A stretch of DNA of 64,000 bases from contig NC_043018.1 of NCBI RefSeq assembly GCF_006345805.1, forward strand, positions 19,096,001-19,160,000, given 5' to 3'. The notes beneath the pieces are model-generated. The model had not been told where the DNA came from, ran no database searches, and was given only the letters and a program-made list of their open reading frames with translations. The translations under genes and the position numbers were made by a program. Positions 12,553 through 27,912 of this stretch are shown here, piece after piece (the first letter of the stretch is position 1; every line of letters begins with the position of its first letter). Source of the DNA: Octopus sinensis. Its lineage: Eukaryota.

Positions 12553-13205
12553 GAAGAAGTAGACTCAGGAAGACATGAAATGAAGTGGTGAAGTGTGATC
12601 TCCGAATGTGTGGCCTCATGGAGGTGATGGCAAGTGATTGCGACCTTTTGCAAGTGATTGTGACCATCAAGCCAAGTGAAATTGTAGCCAATGCTGGTGA
12701 CACGTTACAGTATTTGTGTTGGTGACACATGTAAGGCACCCACTACACACTTGGAGTGGTTGGCATCAGGAAGGGCATCCAGCTGTAGAAACCAAGCCAA
12801 ACTTCAGACTGGAACCTGGTGTAGAACTCTGGCTTACCAGTTCCAGTTAAGTTGTCTAACCCATGCCAACGTGGAAAGCAGATGTTAAATGATGATATAT
12901 ATATATTTTATTTTATTTGTTAGGGAATACAAATTCCGGCATCACAGGGGTTCAAATTATTCTTAATGAGGAAATATATATTTTTATTTAGAGATAGTTG
13001 TCCCCTTCATCCCACCATATAAAAGAATTTTAATTTAATTTAATACCTACTACTCATATCTCGGCTATGAGATTCATTTTCCGGTTCCTTAACCACGCCG
13101 TGTTTTGCAGGGACCTTTCTTAAAATGTAACCCCAATCATCAGGCCTCTAAATAACTTAATCATAGTTTGATACTAAAAACTATATTTTAATTTTAAACA
13201 TATAA

Positions 13206-13376
13206 GGCGCAGGAGTGGCTGTGTGGTAAGTAGCTTGCTAACCAACCACATGGTTCCGGGTTCAGTCCCACTGCGTGGCATCTTGGGCAAGTGTCTTCTG
13301 CTATAGCCCCGGGCCGACCAATGCCTTGTGAGTGGATTTGGTAGACCGAAACTGAAAGAAGCCTGTCGTATATATG

Positions 13377-13462
<86 letters not shown>

Positions 13463-13673
13463 TTGTGTGTCTGTGTTTCTTCCCCTAGCATTGCTTGACA
13501 ACCGATGCTGGTGTTTACGTCCCTGTCACTTAGCGGTACAGCAAAAAGAGACCGATAGAATAAGTACTGGGCTTACAAAAAGAATAAGTCCCGGGGTCGA
13601 GTTGCTCGACTAAAGACGGTGCTCCAGCATGGCCGCAGTCAAATGACTGAAACAAGTAAAAGAGTAAAAAGAG
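13206..13673 (+). mobile_element. SINE family A, full length
   Basis: Near-identical to 1897-2305. Confidence 0.9.
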
Positions 13674-15162
13674 ATAAGTATGTGTATGTGTGAATAGGTT
13701 CACCGGACCTTACTGTGCAAGCCATGATTTAATTCAAATAAAATTAATAAAAATATAAAATATGAATAAAAAAATAAAAATTTACAAAAACTATGTTCAC
13801 ACGTGTGTATATATATATATATATATATCTATACACACATACACAAACACACATACACATCTGCTTCAATCACAAAATGTGTTTTGTGTTTGTGTTTATT
13901 GTTTTTAGCAATTCTGTTTTTTTTTCTTCATGTCTATATTATATTATTTTAGGAATTTAAGTATGAAAGTTACAGAGTTATTTCATTGCGAGAATTCAGT
14001 TGTTTTTTTCTTCTATTTTTAGTGTTTTCCATATCCACACTTCAGTAGCATTTTATTGTGTGTTGTTGTTGCCTGTATTTGTCAACTTAATAATTTAATT
14101 CACTGTAACTTGGGTCACTGGTCTCTAATCACCTGATTACTGACCTAATTTTCAGCTGTTTCTATGTGTATACCTATATTAATGCCAGTTGCTAAGAGAG
14201 GCGACACTATACAGTACGTCTCTTGGGACCGAATATATTTAAGAAATTAACTGGTTTATTTTTAATGTTATGTGCAGTTATTGCTACAGAAAAGAAATTA
14301 TTATTATTATTAAGGTAGTGAGCTGGCAGAATTGTTACTGCATTGTACAAACTTTTACTGGTACAAACGATGGTGATGTTATATATATATATATGTATGT
14401 ATTGCTATAAATGAGGGAAAAACAAGGAGAGGAAGAAGTAATGCTCAGTTCAGCTATTGTTGGCATCTTACCTGATTAATTTTATTTCTAACACGATTCA
14501 AGTGAATTACTTTGAATTATGTAACGGATCTCTTGGACATAGTCCAAAATATGAAATGCATCAGTACAAAACATTGTCATTCTTCTCTCTTTCGGTCTCT
14601 CTCCACCCCATATTCCTAGTATTCTGGTTGCTCTTCCCACCCCATTTCTTTATTCTTATTTTGTCATCCAGTGAGTTAACTAACCACTGGCTGTGTTGCC
14701 TGACAGGTAGAGAACTATAAACGATTGGAAACCTGCCAAATTTCCAGGTACCCATTCTTGGTCTTTCTTTGACCTAAGGTTTTAAATTCCATCAAAGAGA
14801 CGAACTGTGGGTAAATCTTGCGCTCTTGATGTCCAGGAATCACTGCACATAATGCAGCTTCAGTGCATAGCTGTGCATCTTTGCAGTTCAGCAAAAGAGA
14901 CTGATAGAATAGGTACCAGGCTTAAAAAGAAAAAGTACTCGGTTCGGTCTCTTCAATTAAAACCTTTGAAGTGGTGCTCCAGAATGACCACAATCCAATG
15001 ACTGAAGCAAGTGAAAGACAAAAGACTATCGGTAACAACTTTTGGAGAAGGAAGTTTTAATTTCCCTTTGAGAATGTCACATTTAAAACCATGGCAAGAT
15101 CTGCAAATCAAAATCTCTGTATTAACGTTTAGCCCTTAATCTGCCCCATATCCAGTCGAAAT

Positions 15163-15544
15163 GGAGGCGCAATGGCCCAGTGGTTAGGGCAGCGGACTCG
15201 CGGTCATAGGATCGCAGTTTCGATTCCCAGACTGGGTGTTGTGAGTGTTTATTGAGCGAAAACACCTAAAGCTCCACGAGGCTCCGACAGGGGATGGTGG
15301 TGATCCCTGCTGTACTCTTTCACCACAACTTTCTCTCACTCTTACTTCCTGTTTCTGTTGTACCTGTATTTCAAAGGACCGGCCTTGTCACTCTCTGTGT
15401 CACGCTGAATATCCGAGAGAACTACGTTAAGGGTACACGTGTCTGTGGAGTGCTCAGCCACTTACACGTTAATTTCATGAGCAGGCTGTTCCGTTGATCG
15501 GATCAACCGGAACCCTCATCGTCGTAACCGACGGAGTGCTTCCA
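15163..15544 (+). mobile_element. tRNA-headed SINE family C with 16-bp TSD
   Basis: GGAGGCGCAATGGCCCAGTGGTTAG head; TSD CATATCCAGTCGAAAT at 15147-15162 and 15545-15560. Confidence 0.92.
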
Positions 15545-16128
15545 CATATCCAGTCGAAATATTCCACCTGTTTTACGTTCAAGCCTGGCAAGTCTGGTCT
15601 CTCGTGTCTGTACTTCAATGTCTTGCTGCAGAATAAACAATTGCATTATTGAAATGCATGATTAATTCAAAACAATGTGAATAAGTAAGGATTGCATTTG
15701 GCAGAATAACCTGAATGCTTAAAGGGTCAAATGCCAAATTTGCGATGTGTTGTGCATTTAAGATATCATCCACCCTGCAATATGAAACTACCAGAAAAGA
15801 GTCAAAATGGTTAATCATGTGACCTCTTTCACCTACTTTTATTTTTTCTAAAACATTTTTTAAATATCCTCCTCTCCTACATACTTACTCTTTTTCTCTC
15901 TCTCTCTCTCTTCCACTCACTCTCTTTTTTTCTCTCTCGCTCTTTCTCTGCCCCCTCTCATTCCCTTTCACTCATTCATCTACCATGTTTGTGTTTTAGC
16001 ATTTAAATCAACCATATCTTGCCCCACCATTCTTACCTGTTTTATGTTCAGAATGGTCAGATCCAGCCTCTTACACATACCCTGTTGTGTCTTTCTAAAG
16101 ATATATACAATCAGGATACACAGTCATA

Positions 16129-16533
16129 GGCGCAGGAGTGGCTGTGTGGTAAGAAGCTTGCTTACCAACCACATGGTTCCGGGTTCTGTCCCACTGCGTG
16201 GCACCTTGGGCAAAGTGTCTTTTACTATAGCCTTGGGCTGACCAAAGCCTTGTGAGTGGATTTGGTAGACGGAAACTGAAAGAAGCCTGTCGTATATATA
16301 CATATATATGTGTGTGTGTGTATATGTTTGTGTGTCTGTGTTTGTCCCCCCAACATCGCTTGACAACCGATGCTGGTGTGTTTATGTCCCTGTAACTTAG
16401 CGGTTCGGAAAGAGACCGATAGAATAAGTACTAGACTTCCAAACAATAAGTCCTGGGGTCTATTTGCTCGACTAAAGGCGGTGCTCCAGCTTGGCTGCAG
16501 TCAACTGACTGAAACAAGTAAAAGAGTAAAGAG
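16129..16533 (+). mobile_element. SINE family A
   Basis: Family consensus match. Confidence 0.9.
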
Positions 16534-16781
16534 TCACATCAGGAAAATCTTGAAACTTCGAGATAAAGCATGATTAATTAAAATAATGTGCATAAATAAA
16601 GCTTAAGGTCCCCTACATGTTGCTGCCACATGTGAAATGTCAAAGGACTTGATTGTGTCTTACTGCGACTTGGATCCATGGTCCTAGTTTATGAATTAGT
16701 GGTTCATTATCGTTTGTTCAAGATGAATGTCTAATTGAGTGTAGAGGATGAATTGGTTTTCAGCATGGCTGTATGCTAAGA

Positions 16782-17155
16782 TGTTTATTTCCCAACCACA
16801 TGGTTCCAGGTTCAGTCCCACTGCATGGCAACTTGGGCAAGTGTCTTCTGCTGTAGCCCTGGGCTGACCATAGACTTATGAGTGGATTTGGTAGACAGAA
16901 ACTGAAGAGGTCCTTTATATATGTGTGCCTGTCTTCATGTTTGTCCCCTGCCACTTGTTGGCTATCGGTGCTGGTTTGTTTATGTCTGTTTAACTTAGCA
17001 GCTTGACAGAAGAGACTGATTGAAAAAGTGCCAGGCTTCTTTGGAAAGAAAAAGAAAACCAAAACAAACCCTACTAGGGTCAATTCATTTGACTAAACCC
17101 CCTTTTGTGGCTGTGCCCCAGCATGGCTGCAGTCCAGTGACTGAAACAAGTAAAA
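16782..17155 (+). mobile_element. Diverged SINE family A
   Basis: Family match with many substitutions. Confidence 0.75.
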
Positions 17156-17867
17156 ATTTTGAAGTTAAAAAATTTAGACACGCACTCTCGGAGTTTTGGT
17201 TTTTTCATAAATGTTTTCTTTATCTTTATCTAGTTTCAGCTCACGAGCTGTGGCCATGCTGGGGCACCGCCATTTAACATAATATTTATATATTTTGATA
17301 TTTCAGTCATGGTTTGCCTTTGCAAATTTGCCATTTATCTGTGGTACACATGCATTTTTTTTTTTTAAATACCACAGTTTTTTTTTCCCTTTTTTTTTTT
17401 TTTTTTTTTTTTCGGTTTTTGTGCCTTCTAAAACTACGATTGCTTTTTCAGCTTGGATTGCGAGAAATGATGAAATAAGCACAAAATGAGAAAAAAAAAA
17501 AAAAAAGATATTTCGTTATTGATGTCTGACAAAATTTAAACGAGCGTTAATTTCTCTCAACTGTATATATGCAATACGCATACGTTTATATATATATATA
17601 CATATATATATATAGCAATGCATTGTTATGTGTGTATTTATAACCTACTGTTTTGTGGTGCCTATGTTTATCAATATATTTAGTTGCTTTACGTTTTGCA
17701 GTGTCCTGCTTGTATTATTATTATTATTATTATGTTGAATCACAGCTATTTGTATTACGCCTGTTGATTTCTGTCACATGTCTGTGTTTTATGTTTTATT
17801 TTTCAATATGCATTATTACACCATGGATATTACTTTTAACTTTTCAATTCATTTTTGTGTTTGTCGA

Positions 17868-17952
<85 letters not shown>

Positions 17953-18376
17953 GTGTGTGCATGCATCCTAACTACATGAAGTCATTTCAATTTTTTTCAA
18001 TTGTTTTCTTAAGACATTGAACTTCACATTTAAAAGAACTGTCTTGTCGTAGTTTAGATGATTTTCTCCTAATTATAGTGTCTAAGCTACCATTGACCCC
18101 TCACATTCGAAAACTTCCCCAAAATTTAGAAAGGGAGCAGTGCAATTGACTGAACCCCAAATAACCAGATTCCTAGTTTCTATTTTGATATCCCTGGAGG
18201 AGTGCAAAGTTAAACCTGTTGGGATTGAACTGAAGTTAGAGAGGAATGGAACTTGATACTTCAAAACATTTCATCTGGTAACTCTTCCAGTTTTTTTTTT
18301 TTGTAACCAACAACTGAAGCAATAATAATAATAATATTACCCAAGAACTTTCTACAAAATATATACTCCTCGCACG

Positions 18377-18772
18377 CCCGTGCCGGTGGCACGTAAAAAG
18401 CACCACCCGACCATGTCCGTTGCCAGTGCCGCCCCGACTGGCCTCCGTGCCGGTGGCACGTAAAAAGCACCATCCAATCGTGGCTGTTGCCAGCCTTGCC
18501 TGGCCCCCGTACTGGTGGCACGTAAAAAGCACCATCCGTCCGTGGCCGTTTGCCAGCCCCATCTGGCACCTGTGCGGGTGGCACGTAAAAAGCACCCACT
18601 ACACTCACGGAGTGGTTGGCGTTAGGAAGGGCATCCAGCCGTAGAAACACTGCCAGATCAGACTGGGCCTGGTGCAGCCTTCTGGCTTCACAGACCCCAG
18701 TTGAACCGTCCAACCCATGCTAGCATGGAAAACGGACGCGAAATGATGATGATGATGATGATGATGATGATG
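18377..18772 (+). mobile_element. Interspersed repeat family D (internal GTGGCACGTAAAAAGCACC repeats, (ATG)n tail)
   Basis: Related copies at ~12690-12895, 22153-22525, 35180-35430, 38060-38370, 40460-40768, 42840-43100 and 51400-51615, and reversed at 48080-48230. Probably a SINE. Confidence 0.8.
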
Positions 18773-19666
18773 TTTCCAGGAAATCATAGACTTTGATAAC
18801 ATCTGGACTAAGATTGCATTGTTTTTTGTTTGTTTTCCTCCTAATCCCTCGTTAAAATCCCTCGTTAAAATAGCTGTAGCTCTCTACAAACAGCATTAGT
18901 TAATTTAATTTCTGTTATTTCTTAAATCATAATGAGACAGTAAATTATTGTGTGTGGTCGTTTAGTATATCAATTAGTATTAATTTCAGCTGGCTTGAGG
19001 TTTTCCCTGCGCCTAGCTTGAAACACTGGAGGTTATACACAATACACACCCAGTTACTGCACAGCCACACACATAAACACTTAGAAAGTGAGTTAAATTT
19101 GTAGAATTGAAGTAGATGGCAAGAACTTGAAGAAGTTGAAAGAGTTATGTATTGAATGACGTACTCAAATAATTCTCAATTAACCGTAATTTTCCCTTTT
19201 TGTTGGAGAAAGAAAACAAAAATCTAGTGGATATTGTTATTGACTGTTAAAGAAAAGGGGGCAATGATTTTCAGAAATTAAGAATTAATTTCATAAAATA
19301 AAATTATGTGCTGACAATGGGATTCGTTTGTGTAAATCTTGTTAAAGTAATGAGTTTCAGAATCTCAAACCTGCCTGCATCTGCTTTCTGGCAGACAAAG
19401 ATCAGATTTGTTTCTAAGCGCGTAAATGTATTTGGAGAAATTCTTTTGTCATTTTACTTGTTTCAGTCATTGGACTGCAACCTTGGTGGAGCAACACCTT
19501 GTAGGGTTTCGTCTATCAAATTGATCCCAGTACTTGCTCTTAACCTGACACTTAGTTCTGTCTGTTTCTTATTGCCAAACCACTAAGTTACAGAATCATA
19601 AACAAACCGACACTTTTTTTTCAAGTGGTCAGTTAATGGTGACAAATACTTATATATAGTGGGCTT

Positions 19667-19898
19667 TAGGCGGCGAGCTGGCAGAAACGTTAGCATGCCG
19701 GGCGAAATGCTTGGCAGTATTTCATCTGCCGTTACGTTCTGAGTTCAAATTCCGCCAAGGTCGACTTTGCCTTTCATCCTTTCGGGGTCGATAAATAAAG
19801 TACCAGTTACGCACTGAGGTTGATGTAATCGACTTAATCCCTTTGTCTGTCCTTGTTTGTTCCCTCTATGTTTAGCCCCTTGTGGGCAATAAAGAAAT
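19667..19898 (+). mobile_element. SINE family B
   Basis: Family consensus match. Confidence 0.88.
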
Positions 19899-21112
19899 AT
19901 ATATATATAGTGGGCTTCTTTCAGTTTTCATCTACAAATTCGCTTATAAGGCATTGGTTGCCCCTGAGTTCTTGGCACTGTACAACTAGACTGAACCTGA
20001 GAAATGCGTTTCTGAAGCTAACTTCTTAACCACACAGCTGTAGTCAAATTCTTGAAATTATGTCTTTGACAGTTCCTAATCAATTATTTCTGCCACTTCT
20101 TTGTTTTCTTTCTCCTACTAAGAGGGAAATTTAATTGATTTGAGAGATTTTGCTTTCATTATTCAGTAAGTAGTGGCTTTAAATTATATGCCATTGTCCC
20201 ACTTCAGTTACTTCCCCTTAGCTCATTTATTTATGTGTTCTTTTCAAGTCTAGAGATTCTGTTTCAGCATTTGAAATGTTGTAATGTTACATGGTGGTGG
20301 GGTGGAGGTGGTCACCTCCACCAAAATAGGCCAAGACTAAAAGTTGCTTCCTCTATAAACAGTGACCATTTAGTAATTTCCAATTTTGACTTTGTGACCG
20401 TTAAGGTCAGATCTAGAAGTTGGCTGCTATTTCTTAAATGCCAGACTCTTGTAGGGGGTTTCTAAACCTGTCACTATTTCTTCGGAAATATTTTGTTTCA
20501 GTGGAAAATGATTAATTTTGTCGAATCCGAATCCATTGAGATAACTGGAATTTCTTTGAAAGTCTTTTCATTCTTCATTTTACAATTTTATAACTCTCAC
20601 TGCTACCCCCGACCACATCACCTCCCACTCCATTTCATTTACATCGGTATGTCTCTGTTGTGATTCTCTCTCTCCCTCTCTCTCTCTCTTCCCCTCTCAC
20701 TCATAATTATTGAATAAACGATAGTAACATGAGACTTTATGTATTAGTACATTTCCTACTTCATTGCAACACATCACATGGATATGCACACACACACACA
20801 CATTCACGAGGCAATGAAGGGGACTGCGCTGTTGCTTGACATGCTAGTAATAGCAGTCAAATCTTCTTCAAATCACTCACCCTTCCTTCTCGAAAATAAG
20901 AAAAGACATGTTGAATAATGCAATTCTACATTTATTCTTTGAAAAAAAAAAAAAAAAAATACATGATAGTCAAGGGTAGAAGCCGTTGATCATAGTTCTG
21001 CTCCATTGGTACTGGCTGGCCTGGGGTTAAACATGTATATCTACTGTAACATAGCATGTAAATACATCATATCCACATAAAGATATGCAGGCACAGAAAC
21101 AAAGCTTTATAC

Positions 21113-21195
<83 letters not shown>

Positions 21196-22152
21196 GAAGT
21201 ACTCTCACACACATACATACATGTGAATACAAAGAAGACTCATTTGTAAGCAAAACACCCACACAATATCATGAAGAGCATGGTATGTGTGTTGTTACTG
21301 TTTTCCCTACCTGTCCACTCAATATTGGTATGGGAAAAATGGTTGGAAAGCACACATACACTTCATATATTATCATATATGTCTTTATCCAAAATGGAGA
21401 TGAATGCCAATGTTTCCATGTGATGCACTTGAAAATTGTTGAGGCATTCCTTAACGTGAAACCAATGGTAGCCTTAATACACAAATAAAGAATCTTTGTC
21501 CACCAATGTGGTGTTGAGCACTCATTTTCATTGTTCGATATTTACATATCATATCACACACACACAATATATATATATGTATATAAAGATATATGTAGGG
21601 AGAGAGGGAGAGGCATGCATCTGGTTAATAAGCTTGCCTTTCGGTGCCTGCTTTTCTTCCAGTATGCAGAAGTGCATAATGAATGGAGAAGTATCTTCTT
21701 GTCCCATGGTCTTGCGTTGACCTCAGGTATGAAAGTGTATTTGGAAAAGGATTAGTAAGGCTCAGCCATGTCACACAAAATCATGCTGAGCCTGCCTCAA
21801 GATTTGACTATGGCTTTGTGTCTGTGGAATACTCCACCATTTTCCATTATCAATGAATCTGTGCTGTTGATGGAACAATTGCAACACATATGTATTGCGA
21901 TCAACATCTCCACAATCTCTCTTTTTCTCTCTCATACACACACACACACACAAACACACACACGTTGTCTACATCTATTTTTCATGTTAACATAAAGGGA
22001 TAGTTTTTTTTTTTGCCTGCCCTTACTGCACTTCGCTGTTAAAATAGGAAGTTAGAATAGAAACTTTTGTTACTGAGGTTGGAAAGAACCATTTCAGTTA
22101 GGTCTACTTCATCTCACTCTCTCTTTCTCCATCTTAGATTTTAGATTTTAAA

Positions 22153-22525
22153 GTGGCACGTAAAAAGCACCATCCGTTCGTGGCCGTTGCCAGCGCCACC
22201 CCGACTGGCCTCCGTGCCGGTGGCACGTAAAAGCACCATCCGTTCGTGTCCCTTGCCAGCCTCGCCTGGCCCCCGTGCCGGTAGCACGTAAAAGCACCAT
22301 CCGTTCGTGGCTGTTTGCCGGCCTCGTCTGGCACCTGTGCGGGTGGCACGTAAAAAGCACCCACTACACTCGTGGAGTGGTTGGCGTTAGGAAGGGCATC
22401 CAGCCGTAGAAACACTGCCAGATCAGACTGGGCCTGATGCAGCCTTCTGGCTTCACAGACCCCAGTTGAACCGTCCAACCCATGCTAGCATGGAAAACGG
22501 TCGCTAAATGATGATGATGATGATA
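22153..22525 (+). mobile_element. Repeat family D
   Basis: Near-identical to 18377-18772. Confidence 0.8.
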
Positions 22526-22842
22526 TATATATATATATATACATACACACTCTCTTCACAGAGTTTACTTTAGGTTGTATTTACTTCTGTTTTCAAATGC
22601 CACATTTTATTCCTACAATAACATTTGGTTCAACTTATCTCTCTCTCATTCATCCGCTCCCAGATCCAGTCTCTCTTTTACTCTGCCCTTTACTTGTTCC
22701 TTTCTCTCTCTCTCCTCCTTTTCTTCCATGCACATGTCTGTATCTCTCTATTCCACCGTCTTCAGCTAATATCTCTGCCCTCCACTGATGCAAGGATGCA
22801 TGGTGATTCCATTACTTGACGCGACTGTTTATCTGTTTCCAG

Positions 22843-22929
22843 GATCCCTCCGTCAGACAGGCAACCAGTGGCACCCAAGGCACTCTGGATGATTTCAACC
22901 CTTTCGCTGATAAGAACAACACCCAGCCG
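22843..22929 (+). CDS. SCAMP: SCAMP internal exon (probably coding exon 2), DPSVRQATSGTQGTLDDFNPFADKNNTQP
   Basis: tttccAG acceptor and GTaaaa donor; 87 nt, phase 0/0; DPSV...NPF matches the SCAMP N-terminal NPF region; in frame with the next exon. Not in the ORF track. Confidence 0.93.
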
Positions 22930-24689
22930 GTAAAACTTGCTCCTCGTTAAAACTCCTACACACACTCACACACACACTCGTTAATAGCATTGGTTTGGCT
23001 GGTCATTCAGTTGCTCTCTTTACTCTTCTAACAAACAACCTACTAAAAACTAATATCACTGGCTCTTAGTTGATGCACCAGTTAATTATTATTATTACCA
23101 CTATTGCCTAACTATCTGGCTTAACGAGTTCACTGAATATCACTTTTATCTGGAGCTTTTTTTTTTTTTTTTTTTGAAAAAAAAAATAATTTAAAACAGA
23201 AGCAAAAAAAAAAAAAAATAAAAAATTAAAATCTTTCAGTGGGGAATTTCATTTTGATTTGAAATATTTTAATTTTAATTTACAACAATTTTTCTTTTAT
23301 ATATTTTTTTACCTTTGTTTTTGCACTGTTTTGAGTATATTCACATTGTTCTGTATTTTTATGTTATTTGATAATAATAATTATACAAATAATGTTTCAA
23401 GTTATTTGTTGAGAATGCCTACCTTTGTTGGTTTGTTTGCTTTCTTTTATTTTTTCCGTCTATGTTCTCCCGCATGTGTTTTTACCCCAGAAATTACTCT
23501 ATTATTTATTTGTTATAATAATTGTTTATCAAGTTGACATTTGTTCACCCTTTTAAAGAATGCCATTCTTTTTTTTTTTTTTTTTTTTTTTTTTTTGCCA
23601 TTTCATGAGAGAAATTACTGCTGTTTTTAATTAAGTTATTTGATTTTAGTTATTCTCCGGCTCAATTATTTTAACAATGATGTCATTAGATTAAATTCAT
23701 CTTGTGGTTGAGGTCTTACAAAAATGTGTTTCACACTCAAAACTTTTGCCTGTCCTGCATATCACATGTGATATACAAATCATATTTCCCTGGCTTCTAT
23801 GCATCATATCTGATAAGTATACCCAGTTTTTTTTTCACCCGCCTGAATAACTTAGGATTTATGAAAGGAAAGCTTTATATCACTCGGAAGATATGAAGCA
23901 CAGGCTGACGAAATATCTGAAAGCAAGCATGGATGTTTAAGGACAAACTTATGGAAATACTTTGGACAGGGAAAGAGTTAGTGGGTGTTAAATTTGAAGT
24001 GATTGATCTCTCCTTAGCCCCATGCTTATGTGGAGAGAGAGAGAGCGCGAGAGAGAGAGGGAGGGAGGATAATTGACTCAGGTTTGTTGGGAAGAATTTG
24101 AGTGGATTACTGTTGTTTGCTTCCTGAGATTGATAAATGATGGTTTTCATTCTGAATATTCGATATGAATTCAGTATTCAATGAGTTATTGTTAGCGAAT
24201 AGGGTTTCACATACATACATACATAAGGAGGTATCTAGTAATATATTGGTAAAACGGTAAGATAACAAAAGAAAGAAAGGAACCTCAATATTATGTAAAT
24301 AGAGGAAATTGTATATATATGTATATATATAAATTTCAAATTTTGGCACAAGGCCTGTAATTTTTAGGAAGGGGGCAAGTCAATTACATCGACCCTAGTG
24401 CTCAACAGGTACTTGTTTTGTTAACCATGAAAGGATGAGAGGCAAAGTCAACCATGCCAGAATTTGAACTCAGAATGTTAAGACAGACGAAATGCCACCA
24501 AGCATTTTTCCCGGCGTGCCAACGATTCTATCAGCTCGCTGTCTTCATATTAAAATGGAGTTGTGAGGGTGAAGCATTGAGTGGTATTACATTAAAGAGA
24601 CTTGTTGGATAAGGGCAGAACAATGCCTTACCCAAACTTAGACTCTCCTATTTTGATGACAGAACCACTCTCTTTCTTTTCTGTTTTTT

Positions 24690-24896
24690 ACTTGTTTCAG
24701 TCATTTTGACTGCGGCCATGCTGGAGCACCGCCTTTAATCGAGCAATTCGTCCCCGAGACTTATTCTTTTGTAAGCCCAGTACTTATTCTATCGGTCTCT
24801 TTTGCCGAACCGCTAAGTAACGGGGACATAAACACACCAGCATCGGTTGTCAAGCAATGCTAGGGGGACAAACATAGACACACACAAACACACACA

Positions 24897-24956
<60 letters not shown>

Positions 24957-25025
24957 TACGACAGGCTTCTTTCAGTTTCCATCTACCGAGGCTATAGTAG
25001 AAGACACTTGCCCAAGGTGCCAAGA
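24690..25025 (-). mobile_element. SINE family A, head truncated
   Basis: Reverse complement of the family A body and tail. Confidence 0.85.
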
Positions 25026-26661
25026 TTCATGCATTTTCCAAAGTGATGATGATGATGACATGCCGTTGAGATGGATACTTTCTTGCTTATGTATATATAT
25101 TCTTTGAGGAGTTATTTTGCCAATAGAAACGCATGTATATTTTACTGTAATCAGTTAACTAATTAACTAAGCAACTATTTGATTAATCATTTAATTGGTT
25201 TGTGAGAGTTTTTTTATTACACCCTGTGGTGTTATGATGTGCCCACATCTGCTCTTCACCATGCTAATGTGCAATGTTTGTTAGTTTCACAAACTTGGCC
25301 ACTTTACTGAATCAGCCTTTCCAACAATTAACATACTTTCTTTCATTGATAATACAGTCACTAATTGAACCTGCCATCTGTATCAGAACAAGATATGTAA
25401 TAAACCAGGTAAAATAGGAAAGTAGGCAAGACAGGCTCATGGTATAAAAATAAATTCCAAGGTGTAGTCTTTATGATGCTACCCTCAAGAAAACCAGGTA
25501 TATTTGAGAAAGTGTTAGAGGTGAAAATTTATGTACTTGTAGAAGCAGACAGATCTACTGGTAGGACACCCGTTTAGAAAAAAATTACCTATAACAATTG
25601 CATTAAAACGAAAACTGAATTCAAAAATACATTTAAAAACTAGAAATGTGCAGTACTGTATGAGACATGAAAGATGAAACCACAACTTGCAATGGAGAAA
25701 TGGCCCACAACATAGTAGCAAGAATAGAGGTACACTGGTATGAGTGCAAAAATAAAATCCAGCATCAGTACTGTACCAACATGCAAAGAGAAACATGACA
25801 GCTCGATAAACAATCTTGATGTAAAAATCTTATTAATGTACCTGCATAACTCAACATTAAGACAAGTAAAAACAAGAAGTACATTGATTAGAGATTTAGA
25901 ACGACCTCAGCAGAAAGTGTGAACAAAGTAATGACTCCGCTTTCATCAGCGTGTGGATGACTTTGTATACTTTGGTAAGATAAATATTTGTGTTGAAAGT
26001 AAAGCCAAATGGTTGAAATGTCCAACTTCCACCTTACACTTGCTAACCATTAAGCGGTGATATACAGGAATAAACAACAAGCTATCATATGAACAACACA
26101 CACACACACACACATGCACAAACTATGCACATCAATGCTAGCCACAAAATATAACGAACTAATGCATGCGCATGCACACACACACACACACACACACACA
26201 CCACACACACACCACTTTCTCTCTCCCTAATCATTATAAACTATAAATAGTGAAATAGTGAAGCAGAGACAGATTAATCGGGTTTGTGAAACTAACATGG
26301 ACATTAGCACAGGGCAGAGAAAATGAGGTCACATCATGAGATAAGCTCAGAAGCTGTGACAAAACAACTCAGATGAACTAATTGATTCATCAAACAATTG
26401 ATTGGTTAACTAGTTGACTGATAACAGTATAAAGAAATGGGTCTCTTTCTCTCTCTTTTTCCTACACACACACACACACACACACACACAAAACTCTCCT
26501 TCATTATTAAATGACACAGAATACATCTCAGCTTCCCATCAATGCAGACAGTGGTTACCATAGTTATGAAGAAAGGTTGAAAATGCCGACCGTTTTAGTT
26601 GAAAAGTACTCTTAGTGCTACTCTGCTGTGCCCTCAATTGAGACACAGCTTTATTTAACTC

Positions 26662-27062
26662 TTACTCTTTACTTACTTGTTTCAGTCATTTGACTGCGGC
26701 CATGCTGGAGCACCGCCTTTAGTCGAGCAAATTGACCCCGGGACTTATTCTTTGTAAGCCCAGTACTTATTCTATCGGTCTCTTTTGCCGAACCGCTAAG
26801 TGACGGGGATGTAAACATACCAGCATCGATTGTCAAGCAATGCTAGGGGGACAAACACAGACACACAAACACATACATATATATATATATACATATATAC
26901 GACAGGCTTCTTTCAGTTTCCGTCTACCAAATCCACTCACAAGGCATTGGTCGGCCTGGGGCTATAGCAGAAGACACTTGCCCAAGATGCCACGCAGTGG
27001 GACTGAACCCGGAACCATGTGGTTGGTTAGCAAGCTACTTACCACACAGCCACTCCTGCGCC
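26662..27062 (-). mobile_element. SINE family A, full length
   Basis: Ends CCACTCCTGCGCC (reverse complement of the head). Confidence 0.9.
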
Positions 27063-27540
27063 TTTTATACCAAAAAACCCACTGTTCCATTCTTATTTCC
27101 AGGTCAAAGTTAGGAGGCATCCACCTATCGAAATTGAATATTGGAAGCAAAATATTTATTGTGAGAGAGAGAGAATTGGGGATGGTAGAGGCTAATTCTA
27201 GTGACATATTGATGTTCTCACAGAATTGTCCTTCTTCACTGAGACTGGAAATAAATTTGGTCAATCTCCAAACATTTTCATTGTCCTTAGTATACATATG
27301 GAGTATTAATATTTAATGAAGTGGAATATATATTAAATAGCAAAAGTATTCTGAACAATCTGTGAATGTCTTTGGTTGTAAATAACTGCAAAATAGAATT
27401 TAACCCATTGTCTGAAATACACTGACTTTGTTTAATTTAATTCTTAGTCTTGTAACTTTTTCTATTTTTAATTTTCCCACTCTTATTAGAAACTAACTGA
27501 AATGTAGTTAGTCTTGTATAAAAACCATAAAAATATAATA

Positions 27541-27912
27541 GGCGCTGGAGTGGCTGTGTGGTAAGTAGCTTGCTTACCAACCGCATGGTTCCGGGTTCAG
27601 TTCCACTGCGTGACACCTTGGGCAAGTGTCTTCTACTATAGCTTCGGGTTGACCAAAGCCTTGTGAGTGGATTTGGTAGACGGAAACAGAAAGAAGCCCA
27701 TCGTATATATGTGTGTGTCTGTGTTTGTCCCCCAACATCGCTTGACAACCAATGGTGGTATGTTTACGTCCCCTGTAACTTAGCAGTTCGGCAAAAGAGA
27801 CGGATAGAATAAGTACTAGGCTTACAAAGAATAAGTCCTGGGGTCAATTTGCTCGACTAAAGGCGGTGCTCCACCATGACCGCAGTGAATGACTGAAACA
27901 AGTAAAAGAGTA
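27541..27912 (+). mobile_element. SINE family A
   Basis: Family consensus match. Confidence 0.9.

Noticed and set aside
25950-25974. AG/GT-bounded 25-nt candidate microexon (RVDDFVYF) in the SCAMP intron
   Set aside because: Length not divisible by 3 in a phase-0 intron; peptide looks more like a LINE RT relic.
26520-26575. Candidate exon encoding DSGYHS (degron-like)
   Set aside because: 56 nt, wrong exit phase, weak donor; probably chance.
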